From positions 1 through 56,491 of the forward strand of contig JANQKU010000139.1 in the NCBI GenBank assembly GCA_028280955.1: DNA of 56,491 bases, in the 5' to 3' direction. The notes beneath the pieces were generated by a model. It was given only the letters and a program-made list of their open reading frames with translations. It had not been told where the DNA came from and made no database searches. Position numbers and translations under genes: made by a program. Source of the DNA: Opitutaceae bacterium. Its GTDB lineage: Bacteria > Verrucomicrobiota > Verrucomicrobiia > Opitutales > Opitutaceae. Shown here one piece after another: positions 1 to 9,858 of the stretch. Each line of letters opens with the position of its first letter. The stretch's first letter is position 1.

Positions 1-1
1 A

Positions 2-1477
2 AGAGAAACAATGAGCCTACAAACGGACTCCCTATCTTCAGACTCCAGCACCAGCACTCAAGCAATCACGGGACAGTGGATGAACGCTGACTCAAATACA
101 AGTGTTTCTCGTGATGAAACCGATACTCAATCTATAATCGAATGGGAACGGCAATTGGAGAGTCTAGCGTCACTAGAAGAAGAATTCGAGCAAAGTTTAA
201 AAGTGTTCAAACCCTCTCACCCTAAAATGGTGGAGATGAAATCTTCAATCGATATCCTTAGAAAGAGCCTTGAAGACAAAGCTGAGATATCCATCAAACG
301 ATTCCAGGCTTACTATGATGCCCTGGTCATGCAGGAAGCTGGTCTCGAAAAGGCCATAAGCGAATGGGAAAACGAACAAAGCATTTCAGTTCAATTGGTT
401 AATCGCTACAATCAGCTCAATTCCCAAGTTCAGTTTCTCGAAAGAAAATACCAAAACGTCTATGCTCGCATCCTTGAAAACTCGAGTGGAAACGATCTAT
501 TTTTTGTTCGCATTATCGAACCTACGACCACCTCTTACCCTAAGCCAGTCAAACCCGATCCAATTAAAATCATGATAGTTGCAGTTGTCGGTGGTTTAGC
601 ATTGGGGGCAGGATTCGTTGTCTTGTTTGTGTTGATGAAACCGAAAACATTAGATTTCGATGAGATCGAACAAGAATACCACATCCCCTACTTCACTGGT
701 ATTCCACAATGGAATCTCGTCATTCCCAAAAAACACTTTGATCCTTCTAGGGACAAACTGGTGGTCTCTCAGGATAGAAACAAAACGGCAACTGAGACCT
801 ATCGGGCCATACGCTCCAAAATCAATATCCAATATAAAGAAAAGAACTCCTGGGTAATGACTGTAACTTCCACTCGAAAAGGGGACGGAAAGACATTCAA
901 TTGTGCAAACTTGGCTCAATTGTTTAGCTGGGATTCTGTCAAAGTCGCTTTGCTCGACGCAGACTTCCGAAAAGGCTCACTTACTCGACATCTTATAGGA
1001 GAAAATCCGGAAAAAGGCTTGGCCGAGTGGTTTATAAATCAAGAGTGCGACTTGGAGCAACTGGCAATCAAACATGATGATTATGGCTTTGATCTTTATC
1101 CCGCAGGAGTTTTCCAGGATACTCTACCCGAATTAGTAAATGAGAGGAGCGCTCGACGACTCTACAAAACACTCAAAGAGAAATATGATGTGATCATAGT
1201 GGACACCGCTCCAGCGACTATGGTTGTTGAAACCCCCACCCTCTGCCAGGCCTCAGACGGAACTATGATTATCGCTGCCGAAAAGACACCCAAAAATGAT
1301 TTCCGATATCTGATCAGAGAACTCCACAATGTACGAATCATAGGCTTTTGTATCAATCACCTCTCTCCTCCCAAGAAAAGTGTAATGTCAAACTACAGTG
1401 GATACGGAGGCAAATACCACCACTACGGCTACGGTGAAACCTATCAGGACAAAGCGACCCACGGAGCGAATATTTAG
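2..1477 (+). CDS. Polysaccharide co-polymerase / BY-type tyrosine autokinase (Wzc/GumC-like), probably 5'-truncated by the window edge
   Basis: Frame is open back to nt 2. Coiled-coil periplasmic region, then 'VRIIEP...P..PVKPD' before a TM segment. P-loop-like 'TSTRKGDGKTF', Walker B 'DVIIVDTAP', and a Tyr-rich C-terminal tail 'YSGYGGKYHHYGYGETY' typical of BY-kinases. Confidence 0.8.
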   Translation, partial: RETMSLQTDSLSSDSSTSTQAITGQWMNADSNTSVSRDETDTQSIIEWERQLESLASLEEEFEQSLKVFKPSHPKMVEMKSSIDILRKSLEDKAEISIKRFQAYYDALVMQEAGLEKAISEWENEQSISVQLVNRYNQLNSQVQFLERKYQNVYARILENSSGNDLFFVRIIEPTTTSYPKPVKPDPIKIMIVAVVGGLALGAGFVVLFVLMKPKTLDFDEIEQEYHIPYFTGIPQWNLVIPKKHFDPSRDKLVVSQDRNKTATETYRAIRSKINIQYKEKNSWVMTVTSTRKGDGKTFNCANLAQLFSWDSVKVALLDADFRKGSLTRHLIGENPEKGLAEWFINQECDLEQLAIKHDDYGFDLYPAGVFQDTLPELVNERSARRLYKTLKEKYDVIIVDTAPATMVVETPTLCQASDGTMIIAAEKTPKNDFRYLIRELHNVRIIGFCINHLSPPKKSVMSNYSGYGGKYHHYGYGETYQDKATHGANI

Positions 1478-1609
1478 AGAACTAAATCGCTATTCGTCAA
1501 CTTCAACACCCTTGCTCGGGGAAGGCGGCCACTAGATGCTGTTGTTGAAATTCATTCTATCAGGAAAGCAATTCCAATCATCGAAAAGCTCAAAGTTTCA
1601 GTAGCTTGT

Positions 1610-3475
1610 TTGCTTCTAATTGTTTCCTTCTTCTGGGGCAGGTATGAAGGGTTAGTCCTTCTTTCATTCATCTTGAGCTCCACGTGCTTATTGCTGAGTA
1701 AGAAGAATACTAATTTAACTTCAACAGGGATAGTAGGCGTCCTGTTTTGCCTGTTCCTTCTAATCTATTTATTACCGATTCCGTCCTTCTTATTACCCGA
1801 GCGAAATGAATATCACGAAACAGCGTTCGAGACTTCGAGACGTATTCAAGAAATCCAACAAGAAGAGAGGAGCATCTCCACTCCATCTCAAGGCCCCAGC
1901 TTTGTTCCTATCACACTAAACAGAAGCGGTTCGTTGCGTTTCTTGATGTTCTCGGTTTCGATTGTGGCTATCTTTATTAGCTACGGTTGCCTTAAGGAGA
2001 GAGTCAGAGGAGAGGGTAATGTCCCACTTTTTTCACCAATATTTCTTTTCACTTATCTTCTTCTCAGCGCTTCCACATGCTGCGGATTAATATCGTTGTT
2101 TCTCGTTCCACAAGGAAAATTGATCCTTTGGCTGTTTCCGGTTCTCTATGGAAATCCCATAGGGCCATTCGTTAATCCAAATCATTTTGCTTACTCCAAC
2201 CTACTACTAATTGGTGCATCGATCTTTGTGCTCACACAACGACACTTTCAACCTAACAAATTCAATCAACCGCTGCGTTACTTGATTTCTGCGAGCCTCA
2301 CCAAGGCAGTTCCACTCTTTTTTATTTTGTTAGCGATCACCTCGATCGCAACAAGCTCATCACGGAGTGCCTTGATCGCGTTGCTAGGAGGACTTCTCTC
2401 GTCTAGCCTTTTCATTCTTTTCAAACGATCCATAAAAGGGTTTGCCTACTTGGCTATAATTCTCATCGCGGCAGTTTGGTTAGCACTCTTTGTCTCTTAC
2501 TCCGATAAATTCGAATTTAACGACAAGCTGCAAAGTCTCAAAGATCCGCTGGTTACCGACAGTGCTCAAACTCGAATCGAGTCCTGGATAAATAGTGCTC
2601 AAATTCTAAAATCGTTCCCGATGTTCGGAACAGGACCTGAAAGCTTCAGGAGTGTTTATCCACTTTTCCAAACGGTCAACAACCGCAAACATCTGGTTTA
2701 CGCTGAAAACGAATATGTTCAGACAATCATCGAATTCGGAATAGTCGGAATCCTTTTTATAGGAGTGCTGAGCATCTTTCCATTCGTTTCAAACTGGCGA
2801 AGGCGCAGGTTCGAATCACTCGCACCGAACGAAAGAGGCATCCCTTCAAACCTATCCCTCGTGTTTCTAGTGTCCGTGACTCTCTTTCATTGCATGTTTG
2901 ATTTCCCATTGAGACATCCTTTCAATGCATTGAGCTTTCTTTTCTTACTTCTCGTGACGAGAAATTGGAACTCAGATGGGGATAGAAAAATCCACCATCA
3001 TCTCAACCATATTCCTTTGGTGCTGGTGACATTGACCTCACTCGCCTTCCTGGCTAGTCTCATTTCAACTTGGTCAAAAGATTACTCTAACGATAAACCA
3101 AGTCACACGGTCCTAAACAAAATCGTTTATCCGATAGCTCTCGACAAATACGATCAACTCGAGGGCAAACCAATTTCCACTCTTCTCGACTGCCTCACAT
3201 CCGCACCCACCTCTCCTGCTGTTTGGAAGCAACTTGGATTGAGACTTATCGAATACAGCAATCATCAGGATACTGACTTCATAAATGCAGCGGAAGCGGC
3301 GGAAGCAGCGGTATACTGCATCGAAAAATCATGTGAATACAACCCCAGCAACTATCGGAATTGGCTCCTGCTGGCGGAAACTCAACATCTGCTTGGCTAT
3401 ACCAAGAACGCAAAAGAATCTTTCTCCAAAGCAAAGGAGCTTCGGCCCTATTTACGAGCCCCTTTTCCCAAATAG
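1610..3475 (+). CDS. O-antigen ligase/polymerase-family (Wzy_C-like) polytopic membrane protein with TPR-like C-terminus
   Basis: More than 10 predicted TM segments and a large loop containing 'ENEYVQTIIEFGIVG'. The soluble C-terminal helical repeat region resembles TPR. Start (TTG) uncertain. Confidence 0.6.
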   Translation: MLLIVSFFWGRYEGLVLLSFILSSTCLLLSKKNTNLTSTGIVGVLFCLFLLIYLLPIPSFLLPERNEYHETAFETSRRIQEIQQEERSISTPSQGPSFVPITLNRSGSLRFLMFSVSIVAIFISYGCLKERVRGEGNVPLFSPIFLFTYLLLSASTCCGLISLFLVPQGKLILWLFPVLYGNPIGPFVNPNHFAYSNLLLIGASIFVLTQRHFQPNKFNQPLRYLISASLTKAVPLFFILLAITSIATSSSRSALIALLGGLLSSSLFILFKRSIKGFAYLAIILIAAVWLALFVSYSDKFEFNDKLQSLKDPLVTDSAQTRIESWINSAQILKSFPMFGTGPESFRSVYPLFQTVNNRKHLVYAENEYVQTIIEFGIVGILFIGVLSIFPFVSNWRRRRFESLAPNERGIPSNLSLVFLVSVTLFHCMFDFPLRHPFNALSFLFLLLVTRNWNSDGDRKIHHHLNHIPLVLVTLTSLAFLASLISTWSKDYSNDKPSHTVLNKIVYPIALDKYDQLEGKPISTLLDCLTSAPTSPAVWKQLGLRLIEYSNHQDTDFINAAEAAEAAVYCIEKSCEYNPSNYRNWLLLAETQHLLGYTKNAKESFSKAKELRPYLRAPFPK

Positions 3476-3613
3476 AATGCCTCCACTTGCCAGCGACAAA
3501 AAGAGGTCAAATTTCCCACGATCAACTTTTGAACAGCCATTCATCAGCGCGTTTTCCATTGAACTATTTTATCAGCGAACTATGCTTAACAAACTTCAAA
3601 TCCGCTACTACAA

Positions 3614-4996
3614 ATGACCGCTAAAAAAGGACTTAGGCCCCTAGCGTCTAAATATGGTCGTCGATGGGTTGTATTTGATACCGTTCTGGGTTTTATCGCA
3701 ATGAGAGTTTCTCTCAGCTTGAGCCCATATGTCGATGTCTACTACGCGGCAAATCAGATATTCGTATCAATCGCTTTTGGATTCATACTCGCAGGCTGTC
3801 TTCGACTCGCGGGATTAAATACTCATCGCTTTGAACATGTTTTAAGCTATTACGAAATTATCATATCTACCATTATTGGTACATTAGCCGCCTTTTTGAT
3901 AGTCTCTCTAATGGTTACATTCACTCACGTCCATGTATTCGGTCGCTACGTAGTAATAGGCACTCTCTTGATATCCTCCCTCGGTATCATCACTCAGAGA
4001 TCCTTGGTAAAGCTCTTCTTAGGTAAATCGCCAATAAAATTATTTCTGCTGGGGTCCACTCCTGCAGCTCTCAAACTCATTGAACGCGTTCATGGCGATA
4101 AACATTTCCATTTAGTAGGTGTCGCATGTTCCGATTTTCAAGATGAAGATAACCCAAAAACAGCAACGGTGGAATATCAGATAGAGGACCCGATTTCGCT
4201 ATGTAAATATGTAAAAGATAATGATGTAGACCTAGTCGTGAGTTGCTACGGTGAGCAGGTTCCTGAAGCAATCTGTCAAGCGATCGAGAAAATGCCATTT
4301 TACGGAATAGACGTAATCAACAAGGGGTATTTCGTGGAAACTTACTTCAGAGAGATCAGTGTGGAATTCCAAAACTATCACTGGCTCACTTCCCACTCCT
4401 TCAGGCCAACGGAAGAATCCCATCTCGTTCTCAAACGTGGATTTGATATCGTCTTTGGAGCATTGATTGCCCTCCTGATCCTCCCCCTTTTTCCACTTTT
4501 TGCCCTCATCATCAAACTCGACAGTAAAGGCCCTGTCTTTTACACTCAAACTCGTGTCGGTTACCTTGGGAGGCCATTCAAAATCATCAAATTTCGCTCC
4601 ATGCGAACCGACGCAGAAACCGACGGTGCCGTCTGGGCAACACAAAAGGATCCACGAGTGACAAGGTGGGGCAATTTTATGAGGCGAACCCGAATTGACG
4701 AACTCCCCCAAATTTGGAATGTCTTGAAAGGAGAGATGTCGCTCATTGGTCCCCGACCAGAGCGACCAGAGTTCGTTGAAGAACTCAAAAAGGAAATACC
4801 ACTTTATGAGTGGCGTTACCTAATCCCTCCAGGATTAACAGGATGGGCTCAAATCCGATATAAATACGGTTCCACTGTCGAAGATGCCAAACGCAAACTC
4901 CAGTACGACCTCTATTACATCAAAAGAGCCTCTATCGCACTCGAAATTCAAATTCTACTGCAAACCATTCCCCTAATCATGAAAGGTAGTAGGTGA
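3614..4996 (+). CDS. Polyprenyl-phosphate hexose-1-phosphate transferase (WbaP/EpsB-like initiating sugar transferase)
   Basis: N-terminal TM block plus a conserved bacterial sugar-transferase domain: 'KRGFDIVFGALIALLILPLFP...DSKGPVFYTQTRVG..GRPFKIIKFRSM...DPRVTRWGNFMRRTRIDELPQIWNVLKGEMSLIGPRPERPEF'. Confidence 0.9.
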   Translation: MTAKKGLRPLASKYGRRWVVFDTVLGFIAMRVSLSLSPYVDVYYAANQIFVSIAFGFILAGCLRLAGLNTHRFEHVLSYYEIIISTIIGTLAAFLIVSLMVTFTHVHVFGRYVVIGTLLISSLGIITQRSLVKLFLGKSPIKLFLLGSTPAALKLIERVHGDKHFHLVGVACSDFQDEDNPKTATVEYQIEDPISLCKYVKDNDVDLVVSCYGEQVPEAICQAIEKMPFYGIDVINKGYFVETYFREISVEFQNYHWLTSHSFRPTEESHLVLKRGFDIVFGALIALLILPLFPLFALIIKLDSKGPVFYTQTRVGYLGRPFKIIKFRSMRTDAETDGAVWATQKDPRVTRWGNFMRRTRIDELPQIWNVLKGEMSLIGPRPERPEFVEELKKEIPLYEWRYLIPPGLTGWAQIRYKYGSTVEDAKRKLQYDLYYIKRASIALEIQILLQTIPLIMKGSR

Positions 4997-5182
4997 TACC
5001 TCTGAACACGAATTTGGCGAATTATTTACTCAATCCCAGAATATCGAATAATGCATAGCTCAATTCACTCGAAACGATTTCGTAACAAGATTAACATTTT
5101 GTTTGAAAATTATTGAACAAAATAAACACTTTATAGGATGAGCTTATTGAAATTGGTGTCAGCTTCCTGAAGACAACCGACT

Positions 5183-5193
5183 GCGGTAGCGTG
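5183..5193 (+). promoter_or_regulatory. ops-like element (GCGGTAGCGTG) in the 281-nt leader upstream of wzm
   Basis: Matches 11 of 12 nt of the enterobacterial ops sequence GGCGGTAGCGTG. It lies on the coding (non-template) strand about 85 nt upstream of the wzm ATG. Confidence 0.4.
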
Positions 5194-5277
5194 TAAAAAA
5201 TTCAAATACTCGAGACCTAACTTCCATCTCCCATCTTCGATCTACCAGCTCCGAACTCCCAACTACCATTTTAAACC

Positions 5278-6111
5278 ATGTCAGAGACATCGGAAAAAAC
5301 ACTTCTAATCAAACCGACCAAAGGTTTCTCTAGCCTTGGGCTTCACGAGCTGTGGGAATTTCGTGACTTACTCGGGTTTCAAATTCTCAAGGAGATAAAA
5401 GGCAAATACCGTCAAATGGCTCTCGGTCCCTTATGGATCGTTCTGCAACCTTTGATCAATATGATCATTCTTAGTCTTGTTTTTGGGAAGGTAGCGAAGC
5501 TCGATGCTGGAGGTATTCCATACCCTCTGCTCACCTATTCCGCTCTCATTCCCTGGACCTTCTTTCAAAATGCGTCCCAACTCTCATCCGCTTGCCTGGT
5601 CACAGAAATGAACGTCATTTCTAAGGTTTATTTCCCACGAATGATTCTCCCAGCCAGTTACATCATTGGCCGAATTGTAGATTTCTTAGCCACATTCAGT
5701 ATTTTAGTCATCATGTTAATTGCCTGGGGTTACTACCCTAGCCTTAAGTGGCTTGCGATACTCCCCTATCTCGCCCTCGCCGTTTTCACAACCTTGGCGA
5801 TAAGTACCTGGACAGCTAGTCTCACTGTTCAATTCCGCGACATGAAATTCCTCGTCCAATACGGCACACAAGCTGCCATGTACATTACCCCAGTTGCCTA
5901 CCTCGCTACGAATTTCCCCCCTGAATGGCTCTGGCTCCTCAAACTCAACCCCATGTTCTACGTATGCGAAGGCTTTAGGTGGAGTCTAATTGGGGTCGGC
6001 CAAGGACCTGAACTCTATATGCTCTGGCCTATTAGCATTGTGGTTATCATGACCATCAGCGGCATGTTTATGTTCCGCAAAACCGAACGCACAATCGTGG
6101 ATTTATTGTAG
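5278..6111 (+). CDS. wzm: ABC-2 type polysaccharide export permease (Wzm)
   Basis: Six-TM ABC-2 permease with the typical N-terminus 'LWEFRDLLGFQILKEIKGKYRQMALGPLWIVLQP'. Followed by wzt. Confidence 0.85.
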   Translation: MSETSEKTLLIKPTKGFSSLGLHELWEFRDLLGFQILKEIKGKYRQMALGPLWIVLQPLINMIILSLVFGKVAKLDAGGIPYPLLTYSALIPWTFFQNASQLSSACLVTEMNVISKVYFPRMILPASYIIGRIVDFLATFSILVIMLIAWGYYPSLKWLAILPYLALAVFTTLAISTWTASLTVQFRDMKFLVQYGTQAAMYITPVAYLATNFPPEWLWLLKLNPMFYVCEGFRWSLIGVGQGPELYMLWPISIVVIMTISGMFMFRKTERTIVDLL

Positions 6112-6120
6112 GAAAACGAA

Positions 6121-6146
6121 GATTGAAGTAAGTAGATGGAAGATGG
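6121..6146. repeat. Left arm of a 26-bp imperfect inverted repeat flanking the four-helix-bundle gene
   Basis: GATTGAAGTAAGTAGATGGAAGATGG versus the reverse complement of 6571-6596, GATTGAAGATGGTAGTTAGAAGATGG: 21/26 identical by hand alignment. Confidence 0.5.
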
Positions 6147-6195
6147 TCTCAGTCTGCAAACTTCCGACTCCAACAAGCCAACTCCTAAACAAGAT

Positions 6196-6552
6196 ATGCA
6201 ATTTGAAGATCTAGAAGCGTGGCAAAAGGCACGATTACTTGTATCTAACATTTATTCCATTACTCGTTCAGACCAGTTGAAAAACGATTTTGGATTATCT
6301 TCTCAAATCCAAAGATCAGCAGTTTCAACAATGACAAATATCTCAGAGGGCTTTGAAAGAACCCATATTCAAGAGAAAATTCAATTTTATAACATTGGTA
6401 GGGCATCATGCGGAGAAACTCGTTCGTTACTCTACGTCATACAAGACAACTACGAGTATCTTTCAGAGCAAACATCAACATTGATCAGAGAGTGCATTTC
6501 AGTTGGCAAGCTCATTTCAGGATTAATCAATTCCACCGAAAAGAGAAAATAG
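6196..6552 (+). CDS. Four-helix-bundle protein (23S rRNA intervening-sequence protein / Avd-like family)
   Basis: 'FEDLEAWQKARLL...IY..T...........QIQRSAVS...NISEGFER......FYNIGRASCGETRSLL' is the family signature. Family length favours the internal ATG at 6196 over the ORF-track start at 6136. Confidence 0.85.
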   Translation: MQFEDLEAWQKARLLVSNIYSITRSDQLKNDFGLSSQIQRSAVSTMTNISEGFERTHIQEKIQFYNIGRASCGETRSLLYVIQDNYEYLSEQTSTLIRECISVGKLISGLINSTEKRK

Positions 6553-6570
6553 TACAGCCACTCCTATCTC

Positions 6571-6596
6571 CCATCTTCTAACTACCATCTTCAATC
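6571..6596. repeat. Right arm of the 26-bp imperfect inverted repeat flanking the four-helix-bundle gene
   Basis: CCATCTTCTAACTACCATCTTCAATC. Contains two CCATCTTC copies and overlaps the leader motif shared with the wzm upstream region. Confidence 0.5.
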
Positions 6597-6599
6597 ACA

Positions 6600-7862
6600 A
6601 TGAGCACTAGCGAAACAGTGATCCGCGTTGAAAACCTTGGCAAACGCTATCGTATCGGTACCAACCAGCCTCCAGCTAAAACTTTAGGAGGAAAGCTTAA
6701 AAATACGCTAACCTCCCCTTTCGAGTGGCTGGAGAAACAAATGCGTCCTCCCACCGAAGAAGAAACACTCTGGGCTCTTAATGACGTATCTTTTGAAGTA
6801 AACAGAGGTGAAGTAGTAGGTGTCATCGGTAGAAATGGAGCAGGAAAATCCACCCTTCTTAAAATCCTCAGCCGCATTACCGAACCCTCCATCGGATTCG
6901 CCGAAATAAGAGGTAGAGTTGGAGCCCTGCTTGAGGTGGGCACCGGTATGCATCCAGAGTTAACCGGACGTGAGAACATCTACCAAAACGGCTGTATTCT
7001 CGGAATGCGGAAGTGGGAAATTGACAAAAAGTTTGATGAAATCGTCGATTTTTCAGGCATCAAAAAATTCATCGATACACCTGTTAAGCGTTATTCTTCG
7101 GGACAAAGAGTACGCCTCGGATTCGCCATCGCTGCCCATCTTGAACCGGAAATACTTGTAGTGGATGAAGTCTTGGCAGTTGGTGATATCGAATTTCAGA
7201 ATAAATGTCTTGGCAAAATGCAAGATATAGCTGACCGAGGAAGAACAGTTCTATTTGTAAGTCATAATATGGGTGCAGTTGAAAATCTCTGTTCAAGAGC
7301 AATATTATTAAATAATGGAACGATTTTTGAAAACGGCCCCGTCAATGACATACTGAAAAAGTATACTGGTTTTATAAATAATAAGCAGATATTAAATGCA
7401 TTATCAACAAATAAGGATCGTTCAGGAAACGGCATGCTAAGGATTAGAAATGTTAAAATTTTATCGAACCAATCATTAAGAACCAATTGTTCTTTCACAT
7501 TATCTATTTCTGTAGAAAATTGCTCAAAGAAACCTATATCTAAGATTAGCTTAGGTTATTCAATTTCAACATCAACTGGAACTATTTTGTTTATATCTTA
7601 CAGTGATTATTCAGATATTTATTTTTCCTGCCAAAGAGAAAACATTGAGTTTCACATAGAAGTTCGAAAATTGCCATTAACGCCTGGTCATTACGAGATT
7701 TCGGCTAGATTATTAGGTGAGAATATTGAGTTAGATTGGCCGAGGTATCCCGTGCTAAAATTTGAGATTTTAAACTCTGGAATACATGATGAATACAAGA
7801 ATCCACATAGTGGAAAAGGCCCCATAAGCTTATCATCTCACTGGAAAATCATCAGCAACTAA
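6600..7862 (+). CDS. wzt: Polysaccharide ABC exporter ATP-binding protein (Wzt) with extra C-terminal (glycan-binding-type) domain
   Basis: Walker A 'GRNGAGKST', signature 'YSSGQRVRL', Walker B 'ILVVDE'. About 170 aa follow the NBD, as in Wzt proteins that recognise capped O-glycans. Confidence 0.9.
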   Translation: MSTSETVIRVENLGKRYRIGTNQPPAKTLGGKLKNTLTSPFEWLEKQMRPPTEEETLWALNDVSFEVNRGEVVGVIGRNGAGKSTLLKILSRITEPSIGFAEIRGRVGALLEVGTGMHPELTGRENIYQNGCILGMRKWEIDKKFDEIVDFSGIKKFIDTPVKRYSSGQRVRLGFAIAAHLEPEILVVDEVLAVGDIEFQNKCLGKMQDIADRGRTVLFVSHNMGAVENLCSRAILLNNGTIFENGPVNDILKKYTGFINNKQILNALSTNKDRSGNGMLRIRNVKILSNQSLRTNCSFTLSISVENCSKKPISKISLGYSISTSTGTILFISYSDYSDIYFSCQRENIEFHIEVRKLPLTPGHYEISARLLGENIELDWPRYPVLKFEILNSGIHDEYKNPHSGKGPISLSSHWKIISN

Positions 7863-7866
7863 GGAT

Positions 7867-8598
7867 ATGTTTAAAACAATAAAGACAGCCGTGCACGCAG
7901 CAAAGAATGCAATATTACAAATAAATAGAAAAAAAGCATTTTTTAAGCACGTATATAATTACAATTACAATAGCGTTATTCTAGATATATCCCACGTTGA
8001 TACTAATATAAAGAATAGTTTTTTTGACAATTCATACGAAAGAAGTGAATTAGAATTAGCAAAAATCTATGTTTCAAGTGATGACCATATTTTGGAACTT
8101 GGATCAGGTTTAGGTTTTATATCTCTTTTTCTATTAAAAGAGAAAAATATAACAAATTATTGCGTTGTGGAGGCTAATCCAAAAACTGTTAAAAAATTGG
8201 AAATAAACTATTCAAAAAACAATCGGGTTCCAAATCTAATACAGTGCGCGGTGTCTAACACTACTGGCAAAATTCAATTTCTTGACAGCAATTCGTTTTG
8301 GTTAAACAGAATCAGTTCGACTGACTCAAGTAATACTATTGAAGTTGAGTGCGATACCTTACCAAATATAGTTTCAAAATCGGGTTTAAAACCTACAGTT
8401 ATAATATGTGATATTGAGGGTGGTGAATTAGTTATTAAACCCACTGACATACCAATAACAGTTAAACTGATAATTATAGAAATTCATCCTACCTTAGTAA
8501 GCTATCCTAAAGCTTATAAGCATTTATCACATTTTATAACAGACGGATGGCAAGTGAAAGATGTGCGCGCAAATACATTCGCACTAATACGCAATTAA
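7867..8598 (+). CDS. FkbM-family SAM-dependent methyltransferase
   Basis: 'ILELGSGLGFISL' SAM-binding motif and 'ICDIEGGE' motif typical of the FkbM family. Confidence 0.7.
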   Translation: MFKTIKTAVHAAKNAILQINRKKAFFKHVYNYNYNSVILDISHVDTNIKNSFFDNSYERSELELAKIYVSSDDHILELGSGLGFISLFLLKEKNITNYCVVEANPKTVKKLEINYSKNNRVPNLIQCAVSNTTGKIQFLDSNSFWLNRISSTDSSNTIEVECDTLPNIVSKSGLKPTVIICDIEGGELVIKPTDIPITVKLIIIEIHPTLVSYPKAYKHLSHFITDGWQVKDVRANTFALIRN

Positions 8599-8634
8599 AT
8601 CAATTTGCTAAAAATCAATAAAACCAAAATTTTT

Positions 8635-9546
8635 ATGAAAATTTCTGTCATCATTTGCACGCATAACCCACTAGAGGAATACTTAAAACAAGTATTAGAA
8701 GCTTTGAATCAGCAAAACTTACCTAAGGAACTATGGGAATTGCTAGTAGTAGACAACGCCTCAAAAGAAGACGTATCAGTGATTTACGACCTCGCATGGC
8801 ACAACAACGCTCGACACATAAGAGAAGACAATTTGGGCTTAACACCAGCTAGGTTAAGGGGAATCAAGGAATCGGTAGGAGATTTGCTTGTCTTTGTAGA
8901 TGATGATAATGTTTTGTCTCCCAACTATCTTGAAACAGTAATCAATATATCAAACGAATGGCCAAAAATTGGAATATGGGGTTCGGGAAGAATATCTCCG
9001 ATCTTTGAAAAGGAACCTGAAGAATGGACTAAACCTTATTGGGGGCAATTGGCAATCCGTAACAATACGTCGGACTATTGGTCAAACTTGCTGACCTACA
9101 ATGATTCATATCCTTGTGGTGCAGGATTATGTATTAGAAAAGAATGTGCTACCGAAGTATCAAAATTGTTTGAGTGCGATGTAACCGCACTTTCTCTGGA
9201 TCGGAAAGGTTCCTCCCTATCATCTTGCGGGGACAGTCATATGGTGTTTCTTACAGTTAAATCTGGTTACGGGTCGGGAGTTTTTGTAGACCTAGAGTTA
9301 AAACATCTTATACCCAGTAATCGAATTACTCTTGAGTATCTTTTGAACCTATCAGAATCGATAAATTACACTTCTCATGTGATGAATAAGCTACAGGGGA
9401 AGAATTTTCCTACGCGAATAGGACTGCAACATTACATTAATAAACTATTTAAAATATCTAGAATCAAAGGTATTGAAAGAAAATTCCTCATCCGCGAATA
9501 CACAGCATTTGAGCGTTTTCTAAAGGAGTCAGCAAAAGGTCAATAG
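8635..9546 (+). CDS. Glycosyltransferase family 2
   Basis: 'MKISVIICTHNP.......L..L..Q........LVVDNAS.ED' and 'FVDDDN' (DxD). ATG at 8635 preferred over the upstream TTG. Confidence 0.85.
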   Translation: MKISVIICTHNPLEEYLKQVLEALNQQNLPKELWELLVVDNASKEDVSVIYDLAWHNNARHIREDNLGLTPARLRGIKESVGDLLVFVDDDNVLSPNYLETVINISNEWPKIGIWGSGRISPIFEKEPEEWTKPYWGQLAIRNNTSDYWSNLLTYNDSYPCGAGLCIRKECATEVSKLFECDVTALSLDRKGSSLSSCGDSHMVFLTVKSGYGSGVFVDLELKHLIPSNRITLEYLLNLSESINYTSHVMNKLQGKNFPTRIGLQHYINKLFKISRIKGIERKFLIREYTAFERFLKESAKGQ

Positions 9547-9858
9547 AAGTGAAAGATATCCCAAATTCTATTCGCAACTTAGACTTTCTTCTCAAACTAG
9601 GAATAACCGAAACCTGAAACCACATAAGGAGCTTTTATTTTCAATAACATCGATAATGTAATCCATATCTACCTCAAAATTACTTCATAGCATGTCAACC
9701 TTCGTATATTTTTTTAAAGGCATTTCATGAGTCTCAATTTATTATGAGCTTATTTTATCAAATCCCCGAATAGAGCAATCATGTATAAACAATTTAAAAA
9801 CAATTTACATTTCTTGAACATATACAACTAAATTTTTGATTATAGTCACCTTCAATAA

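Noticed and set aside
4232-4711. Antisense or overlapping ORFs inside larger genes. Other examples: 650-919, 6647-6979, 17537-17911, 20971-21432, 29462-29860, 34565-34891, 35393-35791, 40983-42112, 42850-43770, 45477-46555, 47807-48533, 48653-49927 alternative frames.
   Set aside because: Each lies within a longer ORF that has clear family motifs on the other strand or frame. The products are low-complexity or Arg/Pro/Ser-rich, as is typical of shadow ORFs.
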